64,000 nucleotides of DNA, taken from Auanema rhodensis. Its lineage: Eukaryota; Animalia; Nematoda. Below are positions 22,359-35,997 of the stretch, piece by piece. The notes below the pieces were generated by a model, which searched no databases, had not been told where the DNA came from, and saw nothing but the letters and a program-made list of their open reading frames with translations. The stretch spans positions 10,478,001-10,542,000 of the forward strand of contig OZ059895.1 of assembly GCA_964057225.1 (NCBI GenBank), written 5' to 3'. How positions within the stretch are numbered: position 1 is the stretch's first letter; each line of letters opens with the position of its first letter. A program made the position numbers and the translations under genes.

Positions 22359-22891
22359 TGTGCTGAAGCACTCTCATCCCGTGATAATAGTGTTCCTCCT
22401 TAGTTTAAGTTCAATTGTACTTCTTTATTGTCCTCTCTTTGTACTATCCATTATCCTCAACTATCTAATCGATAATCCTGTAAGTTGTCACCAACGGCCG
22501 ATTTGCCGATGAATCACCTATCGCCCTTTGCCATCTGATCCATTAGGCAAGATCTTAGGCGCGATAGCCGTCGCCCACTTGCAAGGGGGATGAATCACAT
22601 AGGATTTAGACCCCTCCTCTCGCTTTCTACAATTAATACATTATCTATCACTTCCGGGGACCTAGTATATAAACCCGCAATAATTCTTCTAAATCATGTC
22701 TCAATATTATCCTGCCACCGCTATCATCTTCCCGTCAATCTATTTCTGTTTTACTCGTATTGTATTCGTATCACCGATAATAAACTCTTCTCTTGTACTC
22801 GCGTCTATTGCCTATTACTTGGACTAATATTCCACTACCACTGAACCACAAATGCCCGTTATTCGCTCTCCAACTAGAGGACAAAACGACA
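22359..22891 (+). repeat. 3' LTR (533 bp, TG...CA)
   Basis: Starts TGTGCTGAAG at 22359 and ends AAAACGACA at 22891. No mismatch to the 5' LTR was found by eye, and the internal 84-aa ORF translations are identical. Confidence 0.97.
22779..22784 (+). terminator. LTR polyadenylation signal AATAAA (copy at 14525-14530)
   Basis: AATAAA lies 113 bp downstream of the TATA box and is followed by a pyrimidine-rich tract, which fits the R region. Confidence 0.65.
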
Positions 22892-22896
22892 AAAAC
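22892..22896 (+). other. Target-site duplication, right copy (AAAAC)
   Basis: Right junction reads CA]-AAAAC-ttttatttc. A 5-bp TSD is typical of BEL/Pao integrases. Confidence 0.93.
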
Positions 22897-25800
22897 TTTT
22901 ATTTCTTGTCCTAGAAATACGTGCTACATCTCATTAAACTAAGAATTAGTTGATTGAGAAGGCAAAACAAATTTTGTTAGCACAGAACCATATTAATCAT
23001 ATTTTCCGGCGGGCTCAAGTTGCTATTTTGTTCGATTTTTATGAAAAAATAAAAATTTTAAATTGTTTATTTTTAGCCCTAGAAATACGTGCAACATCTT
23101 ATTATCTAAGAAAATTTGAAAATTAAATAATTGAAAAAGTAAAACAGATTTTGTTAGCACAGAAACATATTGATCATATTTTAAGGCGGGCTCAAGTTGC
23201 TATTTTGTTCGATTTTAATGAAAAAATAAAAATTTTAAAATGTTTATTTTTAGCCCTAGAAATACGTGCAACATCTTACTCAACTCAAAATCAACTGTTT
23301 GATAATATAAATTAGGTTTTGTGAGCATATATCCATAGTAATCATGTTTTGCGGCGTGCTCAAGTTGCTATTTTGTTCGATTTTTATGAAAAATTAAATA
23401 TTTTCAAATGTTTATTTTTCGCCCTAGAAATATGTGCAACATCTTATTATCTAAGAAAATTTGAAAATTAAATGATTGAAAAAGTAAAACAGATTTTGTT
23501 AGCACAGAAACATATTAATCATATTTTACGGCGGGCTCAAGTTGCTATTTTGTTCGATTTTCATGAAAAAATAAAAATTTTAAAATGTTTATTTTTAGCC
23601 CTAGAAATACGTGCAACATCTTATTCAACTCAAAATCAACTGTTTGATAATATAAATTAGGTTTTGTGAGCATATATCCATAGTAATCATGTTTTGCGGC
23701 GGGTTCAACTTGCTATTTCGTTTGATTTTTATGAAAAATTAAATATTTTAAAAATTTTATTTCTTGTCCTAGAAATACGTGCTACATCTCATTAAACTAA
23801 GAATTAGTTGATTGAGAAGGCAAAACAAATTTTGTTAGCACAGAACCATATTAATCATATTTTCCGGCGGGCTCAAGTTTCTATTTTGTTCGAATTTCAT
23901 GAAAAAATAAAAGTTTTAAAATGTTTATTTTTAGCCCTAGAAATACGTGCAACATCTTATTATCTGAGAAAATTTGAAAATTAAATGATTGAAAAAGTAA
24001 AACAGATTTTGTTAGCACAGAAACATATTAATCATATTTTAATTTAAGGCGGGCTCAAGTTGCTATTTTGTTCGATTTTCATGAAAAAATAAAAATTTTA
24101 AAATGTTTATTTTTAGCCCTAGAAATACGTGCAACATCTTACTCAACTCAAAATCAACTGTTTGATAATATAAATTAGGTTTTGTGAGCATATATCCATA
24201 GTAATCATGTTTTGCGGCGGTTTCAACTTGCTATTTTGTTTGATTTTTATGAAAAATTAAATATTCTAAAACTTTTATTTCTTGTCCTAGAAATACGTGC
24301 TACATCTCATTAAACTAAGAATTAGTTGATTGAAAAGGCAAAACAAATTTTGTGAGCATATACCCATAGTAATCATGTTTTGCGGCGTGCTCAAGTTGCT
24401 ATTTTGTTCGATTTTTATGAAAAATTAAATATTTTCAAATGTTTATTTTTCGCCCTAGAAATACGTGCAACATCTTATTATCTAAGAAAATTTGAAAATT
24501 AAATGATTGAAAAAGTAAAACAGATTTTGTTAGCACAGAAACATATTAATCATATTTTACGGCGGGCTCAAGTTGCTATTTTGTTCGATTTTAATGAAAA
24601 AATAAAAATTTTAAAATGTTTATTTTTAGCCCTAGAAATACGTGCAAAATCTTATTCAACTCAAAATCAACTGTTTGATAATATAAATTAGGTTTTGTGA
24701 GCATATATCCATAGTAATCATGTTTTGCGGCGGGTTCAACTTGCTATTTCGTTTGATTTTTATGAAAAATTAAATATTTTAAAAATTTTATTTCTTGTCC
24801 TAGAAATACGTGCTACATCTCATTAAACTAAGAATTAGTTGATTGAGAAGGCAAAACAAATTTTGTTAGCACAGAACCATATTAATCATATTTTCCGGCG
24901 GGCTCAAGTTTCTATTTTGTTCCATTTTCATGAAAAAATAAAAGTTTTAAAATGTTTATTTTTAGCCCTAGAAATACGTGCAACATCTTATTATCTGAGA
25001 AAATTTGAAAATTAAATGATTGAAAAAGTAAAACAGATTTTGTTAGCACAGAAACATATTAATCATATTTTAATTTAAGGCGGGCTCAAGTTGCTATTTT
25101 GTTCGATTTTCATGAGAAAATAAAAATTTTAAAATGTTTATTTTTAGCCCTAGAAATACGTGCAACATCTTACTCAACTCAAAATCAACTGTTTGATAAT
25201 ATAAATTAGGTTTTGTGAGCATATATCCATAGCAATCATGTTTTGCGGCGGGTTCAACTTGCTATTTCGTTTGATTTTTATGAAAAATTAACCATTCTAA
25301 AACTTTTATTTCTTGTCCTAGAAATACGTGCTACATCTCATTAAACTAAGAATTAGTTGATTGAGAAGGCAAAACAAATTTTGTTAGCACAGAACCATAT
25401 TAATCATATTTTCCGGCGGGCTCAAGTTGCTATTTTGTTCGATTTTTATGAAAAAATAAAAATTTTAAATTGTTTATTTTTAGCCCTAGAAATACGTGCA
25501 ACATCTTATTATCTAAGAAAATTTGAAAATTAAATAATTGAAAAAGTAAATCAGATTTTGTTAGCACAGAAACATATTGATCATATTTTAAGGCGGGCTC
25601 AAGTTGCTATTTTGTTCGATTTTAATGAAAAAATAAAAATTTTAAAATGTTTATTTTTAGCCCTAGAAATACGTGCAACATCTTACTCAACTCAAAATCA
25701 ACTGTTTGATAATATAAATTAGGTTTTGTGAGCATATATCCATAGTAATCATGTTTTGCGGCGGTTTCAACTTGCTATTTCGTTTGATTTTTATGAAAAA

Positions 25801-28800
25801 TTAAATATTCTTAAAATTTTATTTCTTGTCCTAGAAATACGTGCTACATCTCTTTAAACTAAGAATTAGTTGATTGAAAAGGCAAAACAAATTTTGTGAG
25901 CATATACCCATAGTAATCATGTTTTGCGGCGTGCTCAAGTTGCTATTTTGTTCGATTTTTATGAAAAATTAAATATTTTCAAATGTTTATTTTTCGCCCT
26001 AGAAATACGTGCAACATCTTACTCAACTCAAAATCAACTGTTTGATAATATAAATTAGGTTTTGTGAGCATATATCCATAGTAATCATGTTTTGCGGCGG
26101 TTTCAACTTGCTATTTCGTTTGATTTTTATGAAAAATTAAATATTCTTAAAATTTTATTTCTTGTCCTAGAAATACGTGCTACATCTCTTTAAACTAAGA
26201 ATTAGTTGATTGAAAAGGCAAAACAAATTTTGTGAGCATATACCCATAGTAATCATGTTTTGCGGCGTGCTCAAGTTGCTATTTTGTTCGATTTTTATGA
26301 AAAATTGAAAATTTTAAAATGTTTATTTTTAGTCCTAGAAATACGTGCAACATCTTTTTCAACTCAAAATCAACTGTTTGATAAAATAAATTAGGTTTTG
26401 TGAGCATATATCCATAGTGATCATGTTTTGCGGCGGGTTCAACTTGCTATTTCGTTTGATTTTTATGAAAAATTAAATATTCTAAAAATTTTATTTCTTG
26501 TCCTAGAAATACGTGCTACATCTCTTTAAACTAAGAATTAGTTGATTGAGAAGGCAAAACAAATTTTGTTAGCACAGAACCATATTAATCATATTTTCCG
26601 GCGGGCTTAAGTTGCTATTTTGTTCAATTTTCATGAAAAAATAAAAATTTTTAAATGTTTATTTTTCGCCCTAGAAATACGTGCAACATCTTATTATCTA
26701 AGAAAATTTGAAAATTAACTAATTGAAAAAGTAAAACAGATTTTGTTAGCACAGAACCATATTAATCATATTTTCCGGCGGGCTCAAGTTGCTATTTTGT
26801 TCGATTTTTATGAAAAATTAAATATTTTCAAATGTTTATTTTTCGCCCTAGAAATATGTGCAACATCTTATTATCTAAGAAAATTTGAAAATTAAATGAT
26901 TGAAAAAGTAAAACAGATTTTGTTAGCACAGAAACATATTAATCATATTTTACGGCGTGCTCAAGTTGCTATTTTGTTCGATTTTTATGAAAAATTGAAA
27001 ATTTTAAAATGTTTATTTTTAGTCCTAGAAATACGTGCAACATCTTATTCAACTCAAAATCAACTGTTTGATAAAATAAATTAGGTTTTGTGAGCATATA
27101 TCCATAGTGATCATGTTTTGCGGCGGGTTCAACTTGCTATTTCGTTTGATTTTTATGAAAAATTAAATATTCTAAAAATTTTATTTCTTGTCCTAGAAAT
27201 ACGTGCTACATCTCTTTAAACTAAGAATTAGTTGATTGAGAAGGCAAAACAAATTTTGTTAGCACAGAACCATATTAATCATATTTTCCGGCGGGCTTAA
27301 GTTGCTATTTTGTTCAATTTTCATGAAAAAATAAAAGTTTTAAAATGTTTATTTTTAGCCCTAGAAATACGTGCAACATCTTATTATCTAAGAAAATTTG
27401 AAAATTAACTAATTGAAAAAGTAAAACAGATTTTGTTAGCACAGAACCATATTAATCATATTTTCCGGCGGGCTCAAGTTGCTATTTTGTTCGATTTTTA
27501 TGAAAAATTAAATATTTTCAAATGTTTATTTTTCGCCCTAGAAATATGTGCAACATCTTATTATCTAAGAAAATTTGAAAATTAAATGATTGAAAAAGTA
27601 AAACAGATTTTGTTAGCACAGAAACATATTAATCATATTTTACGGCGGGCTCAAGTTGCTATTTTGTTCGATTTTAATGAAAAAATAAAAATTTTAAAAT
27701 GTTTATTTTTAGCCCTAGAAATACGTGCAAAATCTTATTCAACTCAAAATCAACTGTTTGATAAAATAAATTAGGTTTTGTGAGCATATATCCATAGTGA
27801 TCATGTTTTGCGGCGGGTTCAACTTGCTATTTCGTTTGATTTTTATGAAAAATTAAATATTCTAAAAATTTTATTTCTTGTCCTAGAAATACGTGCTACA
27901 TCTCTTTAAACTAAGAATTAGTTGATTGAGAAGGCAAAACAAATTTTGTTAGCACAGAACCATATTAATCATATTTTCCGGCGGGCTTAAGTTGCTATTT
28001 TGTTCAATTTTCATGAAAAAATAAAAATTTTTAAATGTTTATTTTTCGCCCTAGAAATACGTGCAACATCTTATTATCTAAGAAAATTTGAAAATTAACT
28101 AATTGAAAAAGTAAAACAGATTTTGTTAGCACAGAACCATATTAATCATATTTTCCGGCGGGCTCAAGTTGCTATTTTGTTCGATTTTTATGAAAAATTA
28201 AATATTTTCAAATGTTTATTTTTCGCCCTAGAAATATGTGCAACATCTTATTATCTAAGAAAATTTGAAAATTAAATGATTGAAAAAGTAAAACAGATTT
28301 TGTTAGCACAGAAACATATTAATCATATTTTACGGCGTGCTCAAGTTGCTATTTTGTTCGATTTTTATGAAAAATTGAAAATTTTAAAATGTTTATTTTT
28401 AGTCCTAGAAATACGTGCAACATCTTATTCAACTCAAAATCAACTGTTTGATAAAATAAATTAGGTTTTGTGAGCATATATCCATAGTGATCATGTTTTG
28501 CGGCGGGTTCAACTTGCTATTTCGTTTGATTTTTATGAAAAATTAAATATTCTAAAAATTTTATTTCTTGTCCTAGAAATACGTGCTACATCTCTTTAAA
28601 CTAAGAATTAGTTGATTGAGAAGGCAAAACAAATTTTGTTAGCACAGAACCATATTAATCATATTTTCCGGCGGGCTTAAGTTGCTATTTTGTTCAATTT
28701 TCATGAAAAAATAAAAGTTTTAAAATGTTTATTTTTAGCCCTAGAAATACGTGCAACATCTTATTATCTAAGAAAATTTGAAAATTAACTAATTGAAAAA

Positions 28801-31800
28801 GTAAAACAGATTTTGTTAGCACAGAACCATATTAATCATATTTTCCGGCGGGCTCAAGTTGCTATTTTGTTCGATTTTTATGAAAAATTAAATATTTTCA
28901 AATGTTTATTTTTCGCCCTAGAAATATGTGCAACATCTTATTATCTAAGAAAATTTGAAAATTAAATGATTGAAAAAGTAAAACAGATTTTGTTAGCACA
29001 GAAACATATTAATCATATTTTACGGCGGGCTCAAGTTGCTATTTTGTTCGATTTTCATGAAAAAATAAAAATTTTAAAATGTTTATTTTTAGCCCTAGAA
29101 ATACGTGCAACATCTTATTCAACTCAAAATCAACTGTTTGATAATATAAGTTAGGTTTTGTGAGCATATATCCATAGTAATCATGTTTTGCGGCGGGTTC
29201 AACTTGCTATTTCGTTTGATTTTTATGAAAAATTAAATATTCTTAAAATTTTATTTCTTGTCCTAGAAATACGTGCTACATCTCATTAAACTAAGAATTA
29301 GTTGATTGAAAAGGCAAAACAAATTTTGTGAGCATATACCCATAGCAATCATGTTTTGCGGCGGGTTCAACTTGCTATTTCGTTTGATTTTTATGAAAAA
29401 TTAAATATTCTAAAACTTTTATTTCTTGTCCTAGAAATACGTGCTACATCTCATTAAACTAAGAATTAGTTGATTGAGAAGGCAAAACAAATTTTGTTAG
29501 CACAGAACCATATTAATCATATTTTCCGGCGGGCTCAAGTTGCTATTTTGTTCGATTTTTATGAAAAAATAAAAATTTTAAATTGTTTATTTTTAGCCCT
29601 AGAAATACGTGCAACATCTTATTATCTAAGAAAATTTGAAAATTAAATAATTGAAAAAGTAAAACAGATTTTGTTAGCACAGAAACATATTGATCATATT
29701 TTAAGGCGGGCTCAAGTTGCTATTTTGTTCGATTTTAATGAAAAAATAAAAATTTTAAAATGTTTATTTTTAGCCCTAGAAATACGTGCAACATCTTACT
29801 CAACTCAAAATCAACTGTTTGATAATATAAATTAGGTTTTGTGAGCATATATCCATAGTAATCATGTTTTGCGGCGTGCTCAAGTTGCTATTTTGTTCGA
29901 TTTTTATGAAAAATTAAATATTTTCAAATGTTTATTTTTCGCCCTAGAAATATGTGCAACATCTTATTATCTAAGAAAATTTGAAAATTAAATGATTGAA
30001 AAAGTAAAACAGATTTTGTTAGCACAGAAACATATTAATCATATTTTACGGCGGGCTCAAGTTGCTATTTTGTTCGATTTTCATGAAAAAATAAAAATTT
30101 TAAAATGTTTATTTTTAGCCCTAGAAATACGTGCAACATCTTATTCAACTCAAAATCAACTGTTTGATAATATAAATTAGGTTTTGTGAGCATATATCCA
30201 TAGTAATCATGTTTTGCGGCGGGTTCAACTTGCTATTTCGTTTGATTTTTATGAAAAATTAAATATTTTAAAAATTTTATTTCTTGTCCTAGAAATACGT
30301 GCTACATCTCATTAAACTAAGAATTAGTTGATTGAGAAGGCAAAACAAATTTTGTTAGCACAGAACCATATTAATCATATTTTCCGGCGGGCTCAAGTTT
30401 CTATTTTGTTCGAATTTCATGAAAAAATAAAAGTTTTAAAATGTTTATTTTTAGCCCTAGAAATACGTGCAACATCTTATTATCTGAGAAAATTTGAAAA
30501 TTAAATGATTGAAAAAGTAAAACAGATTTTGTTAGCACAGAAACATATTAATCATATTTTAATTTAAGGCGGGCTCAAGTTGCTATTTTGTTCGATTTTC
30601 ATGAAAAAATAAAAATTTTAAAATGTTTATTTTTAGCCCTAGAAATACGTGCAACATCTTACTCAACTCAAAATCAACTGTTTGATAATATAAATTAGGT
30701 TTTGTGAGCATATATCCATAGTAATCATGTTTTGCGGCGGTTTCAACTTGCTATTTTGTTTGATTTTTATGAAAAATTAAATATTCTAAAACTTTTATTT
30801 CTTGTCCTAGAAATACGTGCTACATCTCATTAAACTAAGAATTAGTTGATTGAAAAGGCAAAACAAATTTTGTGAGCATATACCCATAGTAATCATGTTT
30901 TGCGGCGTGCTCAAGTTGCTATTTTGTTCGATTTTTATGAAAAATTAAATATTTTCAAATGTTTATTTTTCGCCCTAGAAATACGTGCAACATCTTATTA
31001 TCTAAGAAAATTTGAAAATTAAATGATTGAAAAAGTAAAACAGATTTTGTTAGCACAGAAACATATTAATCATATTTTACGGCGGGCTCAAGTTGCTATT
31101 TTGTTCGATTTTAATGAAAAAATAAAAATTTTAAAATGTTTATTTTTAGCCCTAGAAATACGTGCAAAATCTTATTCAACTCAAAATCAACTGTTTGATA
31201 ATATAAATTAGGTTTTGTGAGCATATATCCATAGTAATCATGTTTTGCGGCGGGTTCAACTTGCTATTTCGTTTGATTTTTATGAAAAATTAAATATTTT
31301 AAAAATTTTATTTCTTGTCCTAGAAATACGTGCTACATCTCATTAAACTAAGAATTAGTTGATTGAGAAGGCAAAACAAATTTTGTTAGCACAGAACCAT
31401 ATTAATCATATTTTCCGGCGGGCTCAAGTTTCTATTTTGTTCCATTTTCATGAAAAAATAAAAGTTTTAAAATGTTTATTTTTAGCCCTAGAAATACGTG
31501 CAACATCTTATTATCTGAGAAAATTTGAAAATTAAATGATTGAAAAAGTAAAACAGATTTTGTTAGCACAGAAACATATTAATCATATTTTAATTTAAGG
31601 CGGGCTCAAGTTGCTATTTTGTTCGATTTTCATGAGAAAATAAAAATTTTAAAATGTTTATTTTTAGCCCTAGAAATACGTGCAACATCTTACTCAACTC
31701 AAAATCAACTGTTTGATAATATAAATTAGGTTTTGTGAGCATATATCCATAGCAATCATGTTTTGCGGCGGGTTCAACTTGCTATTTCGTTTGATTTTTA

Positions 31801-34800
31801 TGAAAAATTAACCATTCTAAAACTTTTATTTCTTGTCCTAGAAATACGTGCTACATCTCATTAAACTAAGAATTAGTTGATTGAGAAGGCAAAACAAATT
31901 TTGTTAGCACAGAACCATATTAATCATATTTTCCGGCGGGCTCAAGTTGCTATTTTGTTCGATTTTTATGAAAAAATAAAAATTTTAAATTGTTTATTTT
32001 TAGCCCTAGAAATACGTGCAACATCTTATTATCTAAGAAAATTTGAAAATTAAATAATTGAAAAAGTAAATCAGATTTTGTTAGCACAGAAACATATTGA
32101 TCATATTTTAAGGCGGGCTCAAGTTGCTATTTTGTTCGATTTTAATGAAAAAATAAAAATTTTAAAATGTTTATTTTTAGCCCTAGAAATACGTGCAACA
32201 TCTTACTCAACTCAAAATCAACTGTTTGATAATATAAATTAGGTTTTGTGAGCATATATCCATAGTAATCATGTTTTGCGGCGGTTTCAACTTGCTATTT
32301 CGTTTGATTTTTATGAAAAATTAAATATTCTTAAAATTTTATTTCTTGTCCTAGAAATACGTGCTACATCTCTTTAAACTAAGAATTAGTTGATTGAAAA
32401 GGCAAAACAAATTTTGTGAGCATATACCCATAGTAATCATGTTTTGCGGCGTGCTCAAGTTGCTATTTTGTTCGATTTTTATGAAAAATTAAATATTTTC
32501 AAATGTTTATTTTTCGCCCTAGAAATACGTGCAACATCTTACTCAACTCAAAATCAACTGTTTGATAATATAAATTAGGTTTTGTGAGCATATATCCATA
32601 GTAATCATGTTTTGCGGCGGTTTCAACTTGCTATTTCGTTTGATTTTTATGAAAAATTAAATATTCTTAAAATTTTATTTCTTGTCCTAGAAATACGTGC
32701 TACATCTCTTTAAACTAAGAATTAGTTGATTGAAAAGGCAAAACAAATTTTGTGAGCATATACCCATAGTAATCATGTTTTGCGGCGTGCTCAAGTTGCT
32801 ATTTTGTTCGATTTTTATGAAAAATTGAAAATTTTAAAATGTTTATTTTTAGTCCTAGAAATACGTGCAACATCTTTTTCAACTCAAAATCAACTGTTTG
32901 ATAAAATAAATTAGGTTTTGTGAGCATATATCCATAGTGATCATGTTTTGCGGCGGGTTCAACTTGCTATTTCGTTTGATTTTTATGAAAAATTAAATAT
33001 TCTAAAAATTTTATTTCTTGTCCTAGAAATACGTGCTACATCTCTTTAAACTAAGAATTAGTTGATTGAGAAGGCAAAACAAATTTTGTTAGCACAGAAC
33101 CATATTAATCATATTTTCCGGCGGGCTTAAGTTGCTATTTTGTTCAATTTTCATGAAAAAATAAAAATTTTTAAATGTTTATTTTTCGCCCTAGAAATAC
33201 GTGCAACATCTTATTATCTAAGAAAATTTGAAAATTAACTAATTGAAAAAGTAAAACAGATTTTGTTAGCACAGAACCATATTAATCATATTTTCCGGCG
33301 GGCTCAAGTTGCTATTTTGTTCGATTTTTATGAAAAATTAAATATTTTCAAATGTTTATTTTTCGCCCTAGAAATATGTGCAACATCTTATTATCTAAGA
33401 AAATTTGAAAATTAAATGATTGAAAAAGTAAAACAGATTTTGTTAGCACAGAAACATATTAATCATATTTTACGGCGTGCTCAAGTTGCTATTTTGTTCG
33501 ATTTTTATGAAAAATTGAAAATTTTAAAATGTTTATTTTTAGTCCTAGAAATACGTGCAACATCTTATTCAACTCAAAATCAACTGTTTGATAAAATAAA
33601 TTAGGTTTTGTGAGCATATATCCATAGTGATCATGTTTTGCGGCGGGTTCAACTTGCTATTTCGTTTGATTTTTATGAAAAATTAAATATTCTAAAAATT
33701 TTATTTCTTGTCCTAGAAATACGTGCTACATCTCTTTAAACTAAGAATTAGTTGATTGAGAAGGCAAAACAAATTTTGTTAGCACAGAACCATATTAATC
33801 ATATTTTCCGGCGGGCTTAAGTTGCTATTTTGTTCAATTTTCATGAAAAAATAAAAGTTTTAAAATGTTTATTTTTAGCCCTAGAAATACGTGCAACATC
33901 TTATTATCTAAGAAAATTTGAAAATTAACTAATTGAAAAAGTAAAACAGATTTTGTTAGCACAGAACCATATTAATCATATTTTCCGGCGGGCTCAAGTT
34001 GCTATTTTGTTCGATTTTTATGAAAAATTAAATATTTTCAAATGTTTATTTTTCGCCCTAGAAATATGTGCAACATCTTATTATCTAAGAAAATTTGAAA
34101 ATTAAATGATTGAAAAAGTAAAACAGATTTTGTTAGCACAGAAACATATTAATCATATTTTACGGCGGGCTCAAGTTGCTATTTTGTTCGATTTTAATGA
34201 AAAAATAAAAATTTTAAAATGTTTATTTTTAGCCCTAGAAATACGTGCAAAATCTTATTCAACTCAAAATCAACTGTTTGATAAAATAAATTAGGTTTTG
34301 TGAGCATATATCCATAGTGATCATGTTTTGCGGCGGGTTCAACTTGCTATTTCGTTTGATTTTTATGAAAAATTAAATATTCTAAAAATTTTATTTCTTG
34401 TCCTAGAAATACGTGCTACATCTCTTTAAACTAAGAATTAGTTGATTGAGAAGGCAAAACAAATTTTGTTAGCACAGAACCATATTAATCATATTTTCCG
34501 GCGGGCTTAAGTTGCTATTTTGTTCAATTTTCATGAAAAAATAAAAATTTTTAAATGTTTATTTTTCGCCCTAGAAATACGTGCAACATCTTATTATCTA
34601 AGAAAATTTGAAAATTAACTAATTGAAAAAGTAAAACAGATTTTGTTAGCACAGAACCATATTAATCATATTTTCCGGCGGGCTCAAGTTGCTATTTTGT
34701 TCGATTTTTATGAAAAATTAAATATTTTCAAATGTTTATTTTTCGCCCTAGAAATATGTGCAACATCTTATTATCTAAGAAAATTTGAAAATTAAATGAT

Positions 34801-35997
34801 TGAAAAAGTAAAACAGATTTTGTTAGCACAGAAACATATTAATCATATTTTACGGCGTGCTCAAGTTGCTATTTTGTTCGATTTTTATGAAAAATTGAAA
34901 ATTTTAAAATGTTTATTTTTAGTCCTAGAAATACGTGCAACATCTTATTCAACTCAAAATCAACTGTTTGATAAAATAAATTAGGTTTTGTGAGCATATA
35001 TCCATAGTGATCATGTTTTGCGGCGGGTTCAACTTGCTATTTCGTTTGATTTTTATGAAAAATTAAATATTCTAAAAATTTTATTTCTTGTCCTAGAAAT
35101 ACGTGCTACATCTCTTTAAACTAAGAATTAGTTGATTGAGAAGGCAAAACAAATTTTGTTAGCACAGAACCATATTAATCATATTTTCCGGCGGGCTTAA
35201 GTTGCTATTTTGTTCAATTTTCATGAAAAAATAAAAGTTTTAAAATGTTTATTTTTAGCCCTAGAAATACGTGCAACATCTTATTATCTAAGAAAATTTG
35301 AAAATTAACTAATTGAAAAAGTAAAACAGATTTTGTTAGCACAGAACCATATTAATCATATTTTCCGGCGGGCTCAAGTTGCTATTTTGTTCGATTTTTA
35401 TGAAAAATTAAATATTTTCAAATGTTTATTTTTCGCCCTAGAAATATGTGCAACATCTTATTATCTAAGAAAATTTGAAAATTAAATGATTGAAAAAGTA
35501 AAACAGATTTTGTTAGCACAGAAACATATTAATCATATTTTACGGCGGGCTCAAGTTGCTATTTTGTTCGATTTTCATGAAAAAATAAAAATTTTAAAAT
35601 GTTTATTTTTAGCCCTAGAAATACGTGCAACATCTTATTCAACTCAAAATCAACTGTTTGATAATATAAGTTAGGTTTTGTGAGCATATATCCATAGTAA
35701 TCATGTTTTGCGGCGGGTTCAACTTGCTATTTCGTTTGATTTTTATGAAAAATTAAATATTCTTAAAATTTTATTTCTTGTCCTAGAAATACGTGCTACA
35801 TCTCATTAAACTAAGAATTAGTTGATTGAAAAGGCAAAACAAATTTTGTGAGCATATACCCATAGCAATCATGTTTTGCGGCGGGTTCAACTTGCTATTT
35901 CGTTTGATTTTTATGAAAAATTAAATATTCTAAAACTTTTATTTCTTGTCCTAGAAATACGTGCTACATCTCATTAAACTAAGAATTAGTTGATTGA
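22897..35997. repeat. 6,520-bp tandem duplication within the satellite
   Basis: Six ORF pairs are offset by exactly 6520 (e.g. 23472/29992, 28966/35486). Private variants recur at +6520: cgaatttcat 23891/30411, tccattttca 24921/31441, accattctaa 25291/31811. Confidence 0.92.
26340..29100. repeat. 690-bp four-monomer higher-order repeat (B-C-A-A) x4 with a 1,380-bp super-period; copied at 32860-35620
   Basis: ORFs at 26896, 27586, 28276 and 28966 are spaced 690 = 168+168+177+177. Alternate units share the agtcctag variant, and the marker aaattaactaattg recurs. Confidence 0.85.

Larger units (their letters stand above)
14105..22891 (+). mobile_element. Full-length BEL/Pao LTR retrotransposon / endogenous belpaovirus with env (8,787 bp)
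   Basis: Paired LTRs 8,254 bp apart, a 5-bp TSD, a PBS, and one ORF with domain order Gag(3 Zn knuckles)-PR-RT-RH-IN-Env. BEL/Pao signature motifs include KLRIVYDAS, RVPFGINASPFLL, FDPMG, NPADIATRG, GLDYFGP and PWQGGFYERL. Confidence 0.97.
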
